Shown here in pieces: positions 32,068 through 41,415 of a stretch of 64,000 nt of DNA. The stretch's first letter is position 1. The number at the start of each line of letters is the position of its first letter. A program made the translations under genes and the position numbers. The stretch is from an uncultured Chloroflexia bacterium (GTDB taxonomy: Bacteria > Chloroflexota > Limnocylindria > Limnocylindrales > CSP1-4). The stretch lies in NCBI GenBank assembly GCA_963749705.1, contig CAVVNQ010000002.1:32001-96000 (forward strand), written 5' to 3'. The notes under the pieces are model-generated. The model searched no databases. It was not told the DNA's origin and saw nothing but the letters and a program-made list of their open reading frames with translations.

Positions 32068-33285
32068 TTGATCCGTCGTCTCCAGCTCATCACCCTCGCC
32101 GTCGTCCTCGCCGTGGCGGCGTTCTCGACGGGCTGGCCGTTCCTGTTCTTCCTCGTCTACGTCACCCTGCTCGTCGGCGGCGGCAGCTACATCCTCACGC
32201 GACTTGGCCTGTCGGACCTCGAAGCGGGATACGCGGTCAACCAGCTCAGCGGACACGTCGGTGATCGGCTGCGCGTCACGTACACGCTGCGCAACACCGG
32301 CCGGCTGCCCAAGCCGTGGCTCGAGGTCCACAACCCCACGACGCTGCCGGACGGGCTCCAGGGACGCGCCCTCGGCCTCGCCGGTCGCGAGGAGAAGTCG
32401 TGGATGGTCAGGCTCCAGCTCATGCGCCGCGGCCACTTCCGGATCGAGCCGCTCCAGATCCGCACCGGCGACCCGTTCGGTTTCTTCGAGGCGTCGGCGA
32501 GCGTCGGCCAGGGCGTGACCATGATCGTCTACCCGCGGATCGACCCGCTGCCGCTGTGGCGGCTGCCACCCGCCAACCTCGAGGGTGCGCACGCGTCACC
32601 CGAGCGCACCCTCCAGACGACACCGCTCGCGACGACCGTGCGGCCGTACGCGCCGGGTGACTCGATGAACCGGATCCACTGGCGCTCGACCGCCCGCCTG
32701 GGCGAGATCCAGGTCAAGGAGTTCGAGCTCGAGCAGACCGCCGATGCCTGGATCTTCCTCGATCTCGATGCCGCCTTCGAGGCAGGCGAAGGTGAGGACA
32801 GCACGACCGAGGTCGCGGTCCGCGCCGCGGCGTCCATCGCGGACAAGGCGATCGGCGAGAACCGCGCGGTGGGCCTGACGCTCAATGCGCACCGGATCAC
32901 GGTGCTGCCCGCCGATCGAGGCTCCCGCCAGCGGCTCAAGATCCTGCAGCTCCTGGCATCGGTCGATGCCGACGGACAGACGCCGTTCGTCGAGGCGCTG
33001 GTGACCGGCCTGACCCGCCTTCGCCGGGGCATGACGGCGATCATCATCACGGCGTCCTTGGACCCCTCGTTCATCCGGCCGCTCGCGACCCTTCGCGGAC
33101 GGGGCATCGGATCGGTGGTCGTGCTGCTCGACCCGATGGCGTTCGGCGCCGAGGCGGACGGACCAGACGAGATCGAGACGCGACGCCAGCGGACCCGTGC
33201 CCTTCGGCACGCGCTCGCCGAGTTCGAGCTGCCGACGGTGTCCGTCGGGCCGACGAGGGACCTGGGCGGGGTGCTCGTCCGATGA
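32068..33285 (+). CDS. DUF58 domain-containing protein
   Basis: RRG...DPFG, VRPYAPGDSMNRIHWRSTAR...VKEFE; RBS GGAGG before TTG 32068. Confidence 0.92.
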   Translation: MIRRLQLITLAVVLAVAAFSTGWPFLFFLVYVTLLVGGGSYILTRLGLSDLEAGYAVNQLSGHVGDRLRVTYTLRNTGRLPKPWLEVHNPTTLPDGLQGRALGLAGREEKSWMVRLQLMRRGHFRIEPLQIRTGDPFGFFEASASVGQGVTMIVYPRIDPLPLWRLPPANLEGAHASPERTLQTTPLATTVRPYAPGDSMNRIHWRSTARLGEIQVKEFELEQTADAWIFLDLDAAFEAGEGEDSTTEVAVRAAASIADKAIGENRAVGLTLNAHRITVLPADRGSRQRLKILQLLASVDADGQTPFVEALVTGLTRLRRGMTAIIITASLDPSFIRPLATLRGRGIGSVVVLLDPMAFGAEADGPDEIETRRQRTRALRHALAEFELPTVSVGPTRDLGGVLVR

Positions 33286-35582
33286 GCGACCTGAGGCTTC
33301 GACGACCGGAGGAGGGCTGGCTGCCGCTCGCGCTGGTGGCGTTCATCGCGATCATCCTCGGTCTCGCGATCGACGATCCCGGATGGGTCAACGGCAAGGA
33401 GGCGCTGACCAACAGCCTGCCGGGGCTCGCGCTGATCGGTGTCGCCGTGGGCTTCGCGGGTCCCAAGCTCGGGCTTGGCCGCTGGACGACCCACCTGGTG
33501 GGGGCGATCCTCGCCGCCCTGGTGATCCCCGTCGCTGCGGGCTGGGCTCTCCACCCCGGGGCATCGATCCCGGATGCGTTCGGGGCGACGGCGGCCGGCA
33601 CCGTCAACGCCTACCTCGACCTGGCCTGGCGCGGGCGCCAGTTCACGAGCGAGGAGATCCACTACATCCTGACGCTGGGCATCATCGTGTGGGGCACGAT
33701 GCAGTTCGCCTCGTATGCCGTGTTCGGCCATCGGCGGCCCCTGAATGCCGTGATCGTCGTCGGCCTCGTGCTGATCGCCAACATGTCGATCACCAGCCGC
33801 GACCAGCTGCCGCACCTCATGGCGTTCACGGCGGCGTCGCTGCTGCTCCTGATCGCGATGCACGCGTTCGATGAGCGCTCGATCTGGAACCGCCGCCGGA
33901 TCGGCGACCCGGGCACGCTCGCGACCCTGTACCTGCGGGGCGGCACGGTGTTCATCGTCCTCGCCATGTTCGGCTCGCTGGTGCTCACGCAGCGCGCCGC
34001 ATCGAGCCCGCTCGCGGGCGCCTGGACCGGCGTCAACGGCCAGCTGATCGAGGCGGGCGAGACGCTGTCGCGCCTGTTCCCGCTGGGCGGCGACGCGCGG
34101 TCCCCGGGCGGCGTGCGGTTCGGCGCGAGCGCCCGCATCTCGAGCCAGTGGTTCAGCGACGACGGCACCGCCTTCGTGGCCACGGTCCCGGCCGGGTCGC
34201 CGCTCGAGCGGTGGCGGGCCGCGACGTATGACCAGTTCTCGCTCGACGGGTGGGAGCAGACCGACGTCCTGCGTGCCCCGGTCGCCGCGGGCGATCAGCT
34301 CCTGGCCGGCACGCCCGAGGATCCGGTCCCGGACCTGACCCGCGAGGTCAAGGTCCAGGTTCGCCCGGACCGGTACCAGGACCGGATGGTCGTGAGCCCC
34401 GGAACCCCGTCGACGGTCTCGGCGGCGACCACGGTGCTGTTCGCCGGAGAGGCAGGCTGGTTCGATGGCGTCGAGCTGGCCGGCGACGGGAGCGCCTACG
34501 ACGTCACGACCCGTGAGCTCATGCTCGGCGACACGGATCTCATCTCCGGCAATCGCCTGCGCGTGGCCTCGACGGACTACCCGCTGTCGATCACCGATCG
34601 CTACACGGACGTCCCCGCCGGTGCGATGGGCCCGGATGCGGCCAACCTGCTGTCGACCATCCTCCAGCAGGCGCATCCGGACAACCCGTACGACGCGGCC
34701 GTGGCCATCGAGAGCTACCTCAAGAACGGCAGCAACTTCCACTACCAGATCGACGTCCGCGACGTGAACTGCTCGGCCCCGAGCTCCGTCGAGTGCTTCG
34801 CGCGCACCCGTCGCGGCTACTGCCTCCACTACGCGTCGACGATGGCGATCCTGCTGCGCGCGGCGTTCCCCACCAACCCGATCCCCACGCGGCTGGTCCA
34901 GGGCTTCCTGCCCGGCACGCGGAGCGGGACGACCGAGACGGTGCTCGACCGCAACGCCCACGCATGGGTGGAGGTGTACTTCCCCGGATACGGCTGGATC
35001 CCGTTCGACCCGACGGGCGGCAACGTGGGCCTTCCGTCCGAGATCCAGGAGGGCCCGGTCGTGCCCAGCCCGTCGCTGGCGGTGCCGTCGGGGGACCCGC
35101 GGGAGGTCGAGCAGACGCCGCACGCACCGATCCTCAACCCGTCGGACGGGTCGCAGGGTCCGACGCCCACCAGCGGCCCCAACAACACCGGGCTCGCCCT
35201 GCTCGCCGCCGCGCTGCTGGTGCTGCTCACCGGGGGGATCGCGCTGGCCGCCTGGGTTCGTGGACCCCGCGGTGAGGTCAACCCGGACGGGGCCTGGCTG
35301 ACGCTGGCCCGCGGCGCCTCGAGGCTGGGCTTTGCACCGCGCCCGACCCAGACGATCTACGAATACGCATCCGCGCTCGGTGAGCTCGTCCCCGTGGCAC
35401 GGGCCGACCTCCAGACGGTCGCCGACGCGAAGGTCGAGACCCAGTACGCGCGGCTCCACCTGGGCGACGACCGGATGCGCGCCGTCCGCGAGGCCGTCCG
35501 GCGGCTACGCGTATCGCTGCTCCGACTCGTGTTCCGCCGGCGCGGGCTGCGCTGGCTTTGGAGGCTCGGCCGCCGCCCGTGA
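33282..35582 (+). CDS. Membrane transglutaminase-like protein (TgpA type)
   Basis: N-terminal TM region; Cys-His-Asp triad GYCLHYAS / AHAWVEVY / FDPT. Confidence 0.92.
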   Translation: MSDLRLRRPEEGWLPLALVAFIAIILGLAIDDPGWVNGKEALTNSLPGLALIGVAVGFAGPKLGLGRWTTHLVGAILAALVIPVAAGWALHPGASIPDAFGATAAGTVNAYLDLAWRGRQFTSEEIHYILTLGIIVWGTMQFASYAVFGHRRPLNAVIVVGLVLIANMSITSRDQLPHLMAFTAASLLLLIAMHAFDERSIWNRRRIGDPGTLATLYLRGGTVFIVLAMFGSLVLTQRAASSPLAGAWTGVNGQLIEAGETLSRLFPLGGDARSPGGVRFGASARISSQWFSDDGTAFVATVPAGSPLERWRAATYDQFSLDGWEQTDVLRAPVAAGDQLLAGTPEDPVPDLTREVKVQVRPDRYQDRMVVSPGTPSTVSAATTVLFAGEAGWFDGVELAGDGSAYDVTTRELMLGDTDLISGNRLRVASTDYPLSITDRYTDVPAGAMGPDAANLLSTILQQAHPDNPYDAAVAIESYLKNGSNFHYQIDVRDVNCSAPSSVECFARTRRGYCLHYASTMAILLRAAFPTNPIPTRLVQGFLPGTRSGTTETVLDRNAHAWVEVYFPGYGWIPFDPTGGNVGLPSEIQEGPVVPSPSLAVPSGDPREVEQTPHAPILNPSDGSQGPTPTSGPNNTGLALLAAALLVLLTGGIALAAWVRGPRGEVNPDGAWLTLARGASRLGFAPRPTQTIYEYASALGELVPVARADLQTVADAKVETQYARLHLGDDRMRAVREAVRRLRVSLLRLVFRRRGLRWLWRLGRRP

Positions 35583-35597
35583 GGCGGCGACGACGCG

Positions 35598-36497
35598 CTA
35601 CAGGGCGCCCGACCGCGCCCGCCGTTCCGCCGCCTCGCGCGCCTGCTCGTCGATCATCGGCGCCAGGTGCTCCGCGAGGTTGAGCGCGCGCATGACCGCG
35701 CGGCCGCCGCGGAGCTCGACGACCGAGATCGCGCACAGGTCGAAGCTGAACGTCCAGAAATGGTCGAGCGGGATCCCGAACATCGTCAGCAGCACGACCT
35801 TGAACACGCCGTCGTGGCCCACCAGGATCGACCACGGCTGCTCCGCGGGCGCGACGCCGCGATAGCCGCCGACCTGGGGACGGTCGAGGCTGCCGGGTTG
35901 GCGGCCCCGGGCGAGGCGTTCGAGGATGCCGGCCAGCGCCGGCCTGACGCGCGCCTGGACGACGGCAAGCGACTCGCCGCCCGGCGCCCAGGCTTCGACG
36001 GGTCGCCGTCGCCAGGCCGCCAGCTCGGGCGCCCAGCGGCGCATGATCTCGTCGTGGGTGACGCCCTCCCACTCGCCCTGCCCGATCTCCATGATCCCGG
36101 CATCTGCCCGGACGACGACGCCCGGTGCGCCGGCGGTCGTTTCGCCGGCGTCCGGTTCGCCCGCGGCCGCTGCGCCATGGTCCGGAGCATCCGCGGTCCC
36201 GGGCCGGTCCGAAGCCCTGTCTGAGCGCCCGGCCTCGATGGCATCGGCGACCGCAGCCGCCGTCGCCCGGGTGCGTGCGAGGGGCGAGTGGACGATCTCG
36301 AGCGGCAGCCCCGCGGGCACCGGCAGGGCAGGGGAGGCGTGCGGCCGGGCGAGCCGGCCCGCGGCAAGCTCCGCCTGACGGCGGCCGGTTGCCGACAGCG
36401 GCGTCTCGGCCTGGCCCTGGAACCGGCCCTCGGCGATCCATTCGGACTCCCCGTGGCGGAGCAGGACCAGCGTCGCGTCCAGCCCTTCGGGGATCAG
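35598..36497 (-). CDS. Histidine phosphatase family protein, probable metal-independent phosphoserine phosphatase
   Basis: LLRHGES, SPLART, EIGQGEWEG, VGHDG; third gene of an operon with serA; start unclear. Confidence 0.85.
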   Translation of the reverse strand: MIPEGLDATLVLLRHGESEWIAEGRFQGQAETPLSATGRRQAELAAGRLARPHASPALPVPAGLPLEIVHSPLARTRATAAAVADAIEAGRSDRASDRPGTADAPDHGAAAAGEPDAGETTAGAPGVVVRADAGIMEIGQGEWEGVTHDEIMRRWAPELAAWRRRPVEAWAPGGESLAVVQARVRPALAGILERLARGRQPGSLDRPQVGGYRGVAPAEQPWSILVGHDGVFKVVLLTMFGIPLDHFWTFSFDLCAISVVELRGGRAVMRALNLAEHLAPMIDEQAREAAERRARSGAL

Positions 36498-36540
36498 CGG
36501 TCCGGCAGGGAGCCCGGGTCGCCGGACGGTGCCCCCTGGC

Positions 36541-38124
36541 TCACCGCTCTCCGCCCAGCCGGATCGTCCACACGTCGATGACCGCGGGGTTGGCGCGGAT
36601 CGCGTCGGCGACCGACGGCGGGACATCGTCGTCGAGGGCGAGGACCATGAACGCATCAGCACGCGGCGCGGAACGGGCCAGCGTCATGGCGCTGATGTTG
36701 ACGTCGGCCTCACCCAGCAGCGAGCCGATCTGGCCCATCGTGCCGGGCCTGTCGCGGTGCCGGGTGATCAGCATCGAGTCCGATGGTGCGAGGTCCATCG
36801 CGTGCTCGTCCAGCCGCACGATCCGGGCCTCGCCGTTGGCCACCGTCCCCGCGACCGTCGCGGTGTGGCCGCCGGTCTCCGCCGTCAGCGTGAGCAGCGA
36901 CGAGAACGGCCCCGCGTCGGGCGTCTTGCGCTCGACCAGCGTGATCCCGCGCGCCTTGGCCAGCGTTGCCGCGTTGACCAGGTTCACCCGCTCGGTGGTC
37001 GCGGTCTCGAGCAGGCCCCGAAGGACCGCCGCGGCCAGCGACGATGCGTCGTAGCCCGCCGGCTCGCCGGCGATCTCGAGGGTCACCGTTCGCGGGGCCG
37101 TTCGTGCGAACTGGGCGAGGAACCTGCCGAGCGTCTCGGCCAGGGGGAGGTAGGGTGCGATCGACTGGGCCGTCTCGGGGGTCAGCAGCGGGGCATTGAC
37201 GGCGTAGCGGGCCGGGCGTCCGTCGAGGACGTCGAGGATCTGCTCCGCGACCTCCTCGGCCACGGCGACCTGTGCCTCGGCGGTCGAGGCACCCAGGTGG
37301 GGCGTGAGCAGCGTGTTCGGCGCGTCGAGCAGCGGGGAGCCGGTCGGCGGCTCCTTCTCGAACACGTCGATCGCGGCACCCCCGATCCGGCCCGCCCGGA
37401 GGGCGTCCGCCACGGCGGCCTCGTCGAGGATCCCGCCTCGGGCGACGTTGAGCAGGAACACACCGGGCTTCATGCGTGCGATGGCCACGGCGTCGATCAT
37501 GCCCCGGGTCGCGCGCGTCATCGGTACGTGGACGGTGATCACGTCTGCGCGCGCGATCAGCTCATCGAACGTGACCAGCTCCACCCCGAGGTTCGCGGCC
37601 TGGTCGGCGGTGACGAACGGGTCCGACCCGACAACCGTCATCTCCATCGCACGGGCGCGGACGGCGATCGCCTGCCCGATCTTGCCCAGGCCGACGATCC
37701 CGAGGGTCTTGCCGCGCAGCTCCACCCCGGTGAACTGCGATCGCTTCCACTCGCCGCGCCGTATCGACGCATCCGCGGCGGCGGTGCGGCGCGCCAGGCC
37801 GTACAGGAGTGCCAGCGTGTGCTCCGCCGCGGCGATGGTATTGCCGGTGGGCGCGTTGACGACGGTGATCCCGGCCCGCGTCGCCGCCTCGAGATCCACG
37901 TTGTCGACGCCGACCCCGGCCCGCCCGATCACGATCAGGCGCGTGCCCGCCGCGATCAGGTCGGCGTCGACCTTGACCTGGCTCCGGACGACCAGCGCGT
38001 CGTAGTCGGGGAGGATCGAGGCGATCTCCTCGTGTGACAGGCCCAGCTTCTCGTCGACCTCGTGATGGGACCCCAGGAGCTCGAGGCCCTCCGGTGCGAG
38101 CGCCTCGACCGCCAGGATCCTCAT
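36541..38124 (-). CDS. serA: D-3-phosphoglycerate dehydrogenase (with ASB/ACT domains)
   Basis: GRAGVGVDNVD, GLGKIG, NVARGG, TPHLGAST, C-terminal DRPG ACT domain; ATG 38124. Confidence 0.96.
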   Translation of the reverse strand: MRILAVEALAPEGLELLGSHHEVDEKLGLSHEEIASILPDYDALVVRSQVKVDADLIAAGTRLIVIGRAGVGVDNVDLEAATRAGITVVNAPTGNTIAAAEHTLALLYGLARRTAAADASIRRGEWKRSQFTGVELRGKTLGIVGLGKIGQAIAVRARAMEMTVVGSDPFVTADQAANLGVELVTFDELIARADVITVHVPMTRATRGMIDAVAIARMKPGVFLLNVARGGILDEAAVADALRAGRIGGAAIDVFEKEPPTGSPLLDAPNTLLTPHLGASTAEAQVAVAEEVAEQILDVLDGRPARYAVNAPLLTPETAQSIAPYLPLAETLGRFLAQFARTAPRTVTLEIAGEPAGYDASSLAAAVLRGLLETATTERVNLVNAATLAKARGITLVERKTPDAGPFSSLLTLTAETGGHTATVAGTVANGEARIVRLDEHAMDLAPSDSMLITRHRDRPGTMGQIGSLLGEADVNISAMTLARSAPRADAFMVLALDDDVPPSVADAIRANPAVIDVWTIRLGGER

Positions 38125-39290
38125 GCCATCGCCGCCGCGACGCGCTGCCCGACGAGCGCCCGCTGGGCGGCGGCCACGGCCTCGCCCGCTTGCACGGCCA
38201 TGCCGTGCTCGATCGCGACGGCCTCGATGACGCCGATCGCCGCCAGGATCTCGTCCGTGGTGACGGATCCCAGGTGCCCGACCCGGAAGATCCTGCCCTT
38301 GAGCTTGCCCTGCCCACCGGCGAGCACCAGCCCGCGCGCCCTGAGCGCAGCGTTGAACGCCTTCCAGTCCACGCCGTCCGGGACCCACGCCGCCGTGACC
38401 GTCTGCGAAGCGACCGCATCGTCGGCGAGCAGGTTGAAGCCGATCGCACGGAGCCCGGCACGGGTCATCGCCGCGCACGCCCGGTGACGTGCGAACACCC
38501 CGTCACCCTCCGCCTGCATCAACCGCAGGCCCTCGTCGATCTGGTACATCACCGCCACCGCGGGCGTCCAGGGCGTCTCGCCGTTGACCGCCGCGTCGCG
38601 ATGTCGCTTCAGATCCAGGTAGAACCTGGGCATCCTCGCCGTCTCGCCGGCCGCCCAGGCGCGGGGCCCGACCGCGGCCATCGCCATGCCCGGCGCCGAC
38701 ATCCACGCCTTCTGCGAGCCCGTCACCACCAGGTCCAGGCCCCAGGCGTCCATCTCGAACGGGACGGCTCCCAGCGCGGAGATCGCATCGACCAGGATCA
38801 ACGCCTCGGGCGCCACCTCGCGGATCGCCGCCGCAAGCGCCGGGATGTCGTTGGTCACCCCGGTCGAGGTCTCGTTATGGGTCAGCAGGACCGCCCTGAG
38901 CCCGCGGACGGCCGCCGCAGCTGCCCGGACGTCGGCCGCGGCGGCGGCCTCCCCCCACTCGACATCGAGCCGCGTGACCGCGGCGCCATAGGCCTCGGCG
39001 ATGCTCGCGAACCGGTCACCGAACGAACCGATCGTCACTGCCAGCACCGGGTCCCCGGGCGACAACGTGTTGACGACGGTGGCTTCGAGCGCGCCCGTGC
39101 CGGCGCAGGTGAGCATCACGACGTCGCAGGTCGTGCCGAAGTACGGCTTGACGCCCGCCTCGACCCGTTTGAGGAGCGCCTTGAACTCCTCGCCGCGGTG
39201 GTTGACCATCTGGCGTCCGCCGGCCTCGCGGACGGTCGGGGGGAGGGCCGTGGGCCCTGGGATGCGGAGGTTCGGCTCGAAGCGGCTCAC
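38121..39290 (-). CDS. Class V PLP aminotransferase (serine-pyruvate/alanine-glyoxylate type; likely phosphoserine aminotransferase role)
   Basis: LRIPGPT, HNETSTGV, DAIS, GSQKA (PLP lysine), FRVGHLG. Confidence 0.92.
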   Translation of the reverse strand: MSRFEPNLRIPGPTALPPTVREAGGRQMVNHRGEEFKALLKRVEAGVKPYFGTTCDVVMLTCAGTGALEATVVNTLSPGDPVLAVTIGSFGDRFASIAEAYGAAVTRLDVEWGEAAAAADVRAAAAAVRGLRAVLLTHNETSTGVTNDIPALAAAIREVAPEALILVDAISALGAVPFEMDAWGLDLVVTGSQKAWMSAPGMAMAAVGPRAWAAGETARMPRFYLDLKRHRDAAVNGETPWTPAVAVMYQIDEGLRLMQAEGDGVFARHRACAAMTRAGLRAIGFNLLADDAVASQTVTAAWVPDGVDWKAFNAALRARGLVLAGGQGKLKGRIFRVGHLGSVTTDEILAAIGVIEAVAIEHGMAVQAGEAVAAAQRALVGQRVAAAMA

Positions 39291-39360
39291 GTCGGTCTCC
39301 TGGGGTCGCGGGGTTCACGCGATGGTGCCCCAGGTGACAGCCCGCCGTCTACCGTGGTAG

Positions 39361-39374
39361 ATATGACGTCATAT
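39361..39374. promoter_or_regulatory. Perfect palindrome ATATGACGTCATAT overlapping the antitoxin start (probable VapBC operator)
   Basis: 14-bp perfect inverted repeat; a second near-palindrome TCTACCGTGGTAGA lies immediately upstream. Confidence 0.65.
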
Positions 39375-39621
39375 GCAAACGGTGCGAACGACGATCCTGC
39401 TCGATGCCGACCTGCTCGACCGCCTCGAGCGGCACGTGCAGCGGCAGCGGACGACGAAGACCGCGGTGATCGCGGCGGCCGTCGAGGCGTGGCTGGACAC
39501 CCACGAGGCGGTGCCGGACTTCCCGTTCGTCGGGATCGGGCGCAGCGGGCACGGCCGGCTGTCCCTCGACGGGCGGTCGATCACCCGACGTGACGCGGGC
39601 CGGCGGGGGAGCCGTCGCTGA
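39373..39621 (+). CDS. vapB: Ribbon-helix-helix antitoxin (VapB/CopG-like)
   Basis: RTTILLDADLLDRLE...TKTAVIAAAVEAWL RHH pattern; overlaps the PIN gene. Confidence 0.82.
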   Translation: MQTVRTTILLDADLLDRLERHVQRQRTTKTAVIAAAVEAWLDTHEAVPDFPFVGIGRSGHGRLSLDGRSITRRDAGRRGSRR

Positions 39622-40034
39622 TGGCGATCCTGCTCGACCCGTCGGCGGTGCTCGCGGCCGCGGACACCGCGGACCTGAACCACGGTGCCGCGGTCGAATG
39701 GTTCGCGCGGATCGACGAGCCCGTCCTGCTCGGTTCGCTCGGCCTGGCCGAGCTGGACATGGTCCTCCAGCGCGAGCTCGGCGTGGACGCGATCGGTGCC
39801 GTGGTCGACTCGATCGTGAGCGGATCGATCCGTCTCGTGACGCCGACGCAGGATGACCTCACCCGTGCCGTGGAGCTCCTGGCGCAGGCGGTCGAGCATC
39901 GACCGCGTCTCGCGGACGCGCTGCTCGTCGCCTCCGCGGAGCGGCTCGGGATCCGCCGCGTCGCGGCGTTCGATCGCCGGCCGCTCGCCGTGTTCAAGCC
40001 GCGGCACGTTCGGAGCCTGGACTTCGAGCCGTAG
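39621..40034 (+). CDS. vapC: PIN domain toxin (VapC-like)
   Basis: ILLDPSAVLA...E...LADALL...AAFDRR acidic PIN residues. Confidence 0.88.
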   Translation: MAILLDPSAVLAAADTADLNHGAAVEWFARIDEPVLLGSLGLAELDMVLQRELGVDAIGAVVDSIVSGSIRLVTPTQDDLTRAVELLAQAVEHRPRLADALLVASAERLGIRRVAAFDRRPLAVFKPRHVRSLDFEP

Positions 40035-40050
40035 CGGCCGCGTGGAATCA

Positions 40051-40079
40051 GAACGGGGCCGGCAAGGCCGGCCCCGTTC
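40051..40079. terminator. 13-bp perfect hairpin between convergent genes
   Basis: GAACGGGGCCGGC-AAG-GCCGGCCCCGTTC. Confidence 0.7.
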
Positions 40080-40102
40080 GCAGGCGTGGGATGCGGTGCG
40101 TC

Positions 40103-40723
40103 CTAACCCACGCGCTTGACGACGACCGTGCCCGCCTGCACGTCGTGGTAGCCCTGCCGCTTGGGACTCTGAGTAACCGTATACAGCAGGTACAACTCAT
40201 AGATGAACGCAAGCAGTCCGACGAGCGAGCCGAGCAGGCCAAGCGATCCGGGTGCGTACCCGAGCGCCGCACCAAGGGCCGTCGGGCCGAACAGGAACGC
40301 CCAGCGGCGGATGGCCTGTTCCTGCGTGAGCGTCGCGCCGTCCGCGGCGTTGACCGTCTCGAGACCGAGAGCCCGCTGTCCCAGGGACGCGCGCATCCTT
40401 GTCCACGTGTAGATGAAGTACACGGCGCTGCCGCCGATCGAGATCGCGGCCAGGACCACGGTGCCGATCAGGGCCACGATCCCGCCACCGGTGAAGATGG
40501 CGAGGACGAGAATGCCGACGATGAAGACGGCCACGATGAAGAAGATGATCGCGTCAATGATGTACGCGATCACGCGAGTCACCGTGTCCGCGTAGACGAC
40601 GCCCGGCGCCGGCCCGGCTGCCGGGGGCGCGGCTTGAAATCCGCCCGGCGCAGGCGGCGGCGGGGCCTGCCAGTTGTCTGAGCCCTGGGGCGTAGGGGGC
40701 GGCCCTCCCGCGGGATCCGTCAT
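40103..40723 (-). CDS. RDD family membrane protein
   Basis: RVIAYIID...SLGQRALGL...QGYHDVQAGTVVV; Pro-rich N-terminus; RBS GGGAGGT. Confidence 0.9.
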   Translation of the reverse strand: MTDPAGGPPPTPQGSDNWQAPPPPAPGGFQAAPPAAGPAPGVVYADTVTRVIAYIIDAIIFFIVAVFIVGILVLAIFTGGGIVALIGTVVLAAISIGGSAVYFIYTWTRMRASLGQRALGLETVNAADGATLTQEQAIRRWAFLFGPTALGAALGYAPGSLGLLGSLVGLLAFIYELYLLYTVTQSPKRQGYHDVQAGTVVVKRVG

Positions 40724-41021
40724 TCAGCACCTCCCTCGTCGGTGCGACACGCACCGTCCGCTCCGAGGATACGACCCAGACCGATCGAGCGGAAGCCCCC
40801 TGCGTTGCGGACTGTTGTTCGCAGGCGCCACCAGGGCCGAGGATCCTCGCCGACGACTCTACGCGCCGCCGAATGGTGAATCTCCAGCAATTCGTCGTAT
40901 GGGAGACAAGGTGGACCTACGCCGCACAGCCTGGTCATTTCAGATATCACAAATGGACGACTTCGTGTCATCATGCATTTCGCCCACCGCCGCCCGATTG
41001 CGCCCCTGGAGTCGACACAAG

Positions 41022-41336
41022 ATGCGAATTCGCACCGCCAAGTTCGAAGAGCTCAAGCCGAAGTCGCGCGAGCGCGCGTTGTCTCCCCGCCAGCTGGCTG
41101 CATTGCAGCGAGAGGAGGAGATCCGGAAGGCGCTGGGGCGCCTCAAGTCCGATGATGATGTGATCGCGCTGGAGCTCGATCCCGCCGAGAAGATCCCCAC
41201 GATGCGGGCCGCCGTGAAGAAGGCGATTGCCGCGCACAAGGCCGGCACCAACATGGCGATCCGGGGTCGGACCATCTTCCTGTCGACGGCCAAGCTGCCG
41301 GGCGGACGCGGGGGGCGCAAGCCCAAGGCCGCCTGA
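41022..41336 (+). CDS. Small basic hypothetical protein (possible DNA-binding)
   Basis: 104 aa, K/R-rich, RBS GGAG before ATG 41022, C-terminal GRGGRKPK. Confidence 0.75.
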   Translation: MRIRTAKFEELKPKSRERALSPRQLAALQREEEIRKALGRLKSDDDVIALELDPAEKIPTMRAAVKKAIAAHKAGTNMAIRGRTIFLSTAKLPGGRGGRKPKAA

Positions 41337-41415
41337 CGCCGTCCCGGGCCCGTTGCATCGGCCCCGGCTCGGACGTCACTCTCCGGCAGTCCGCCTGTCC
41401 GGAGCTCCACCCAGC

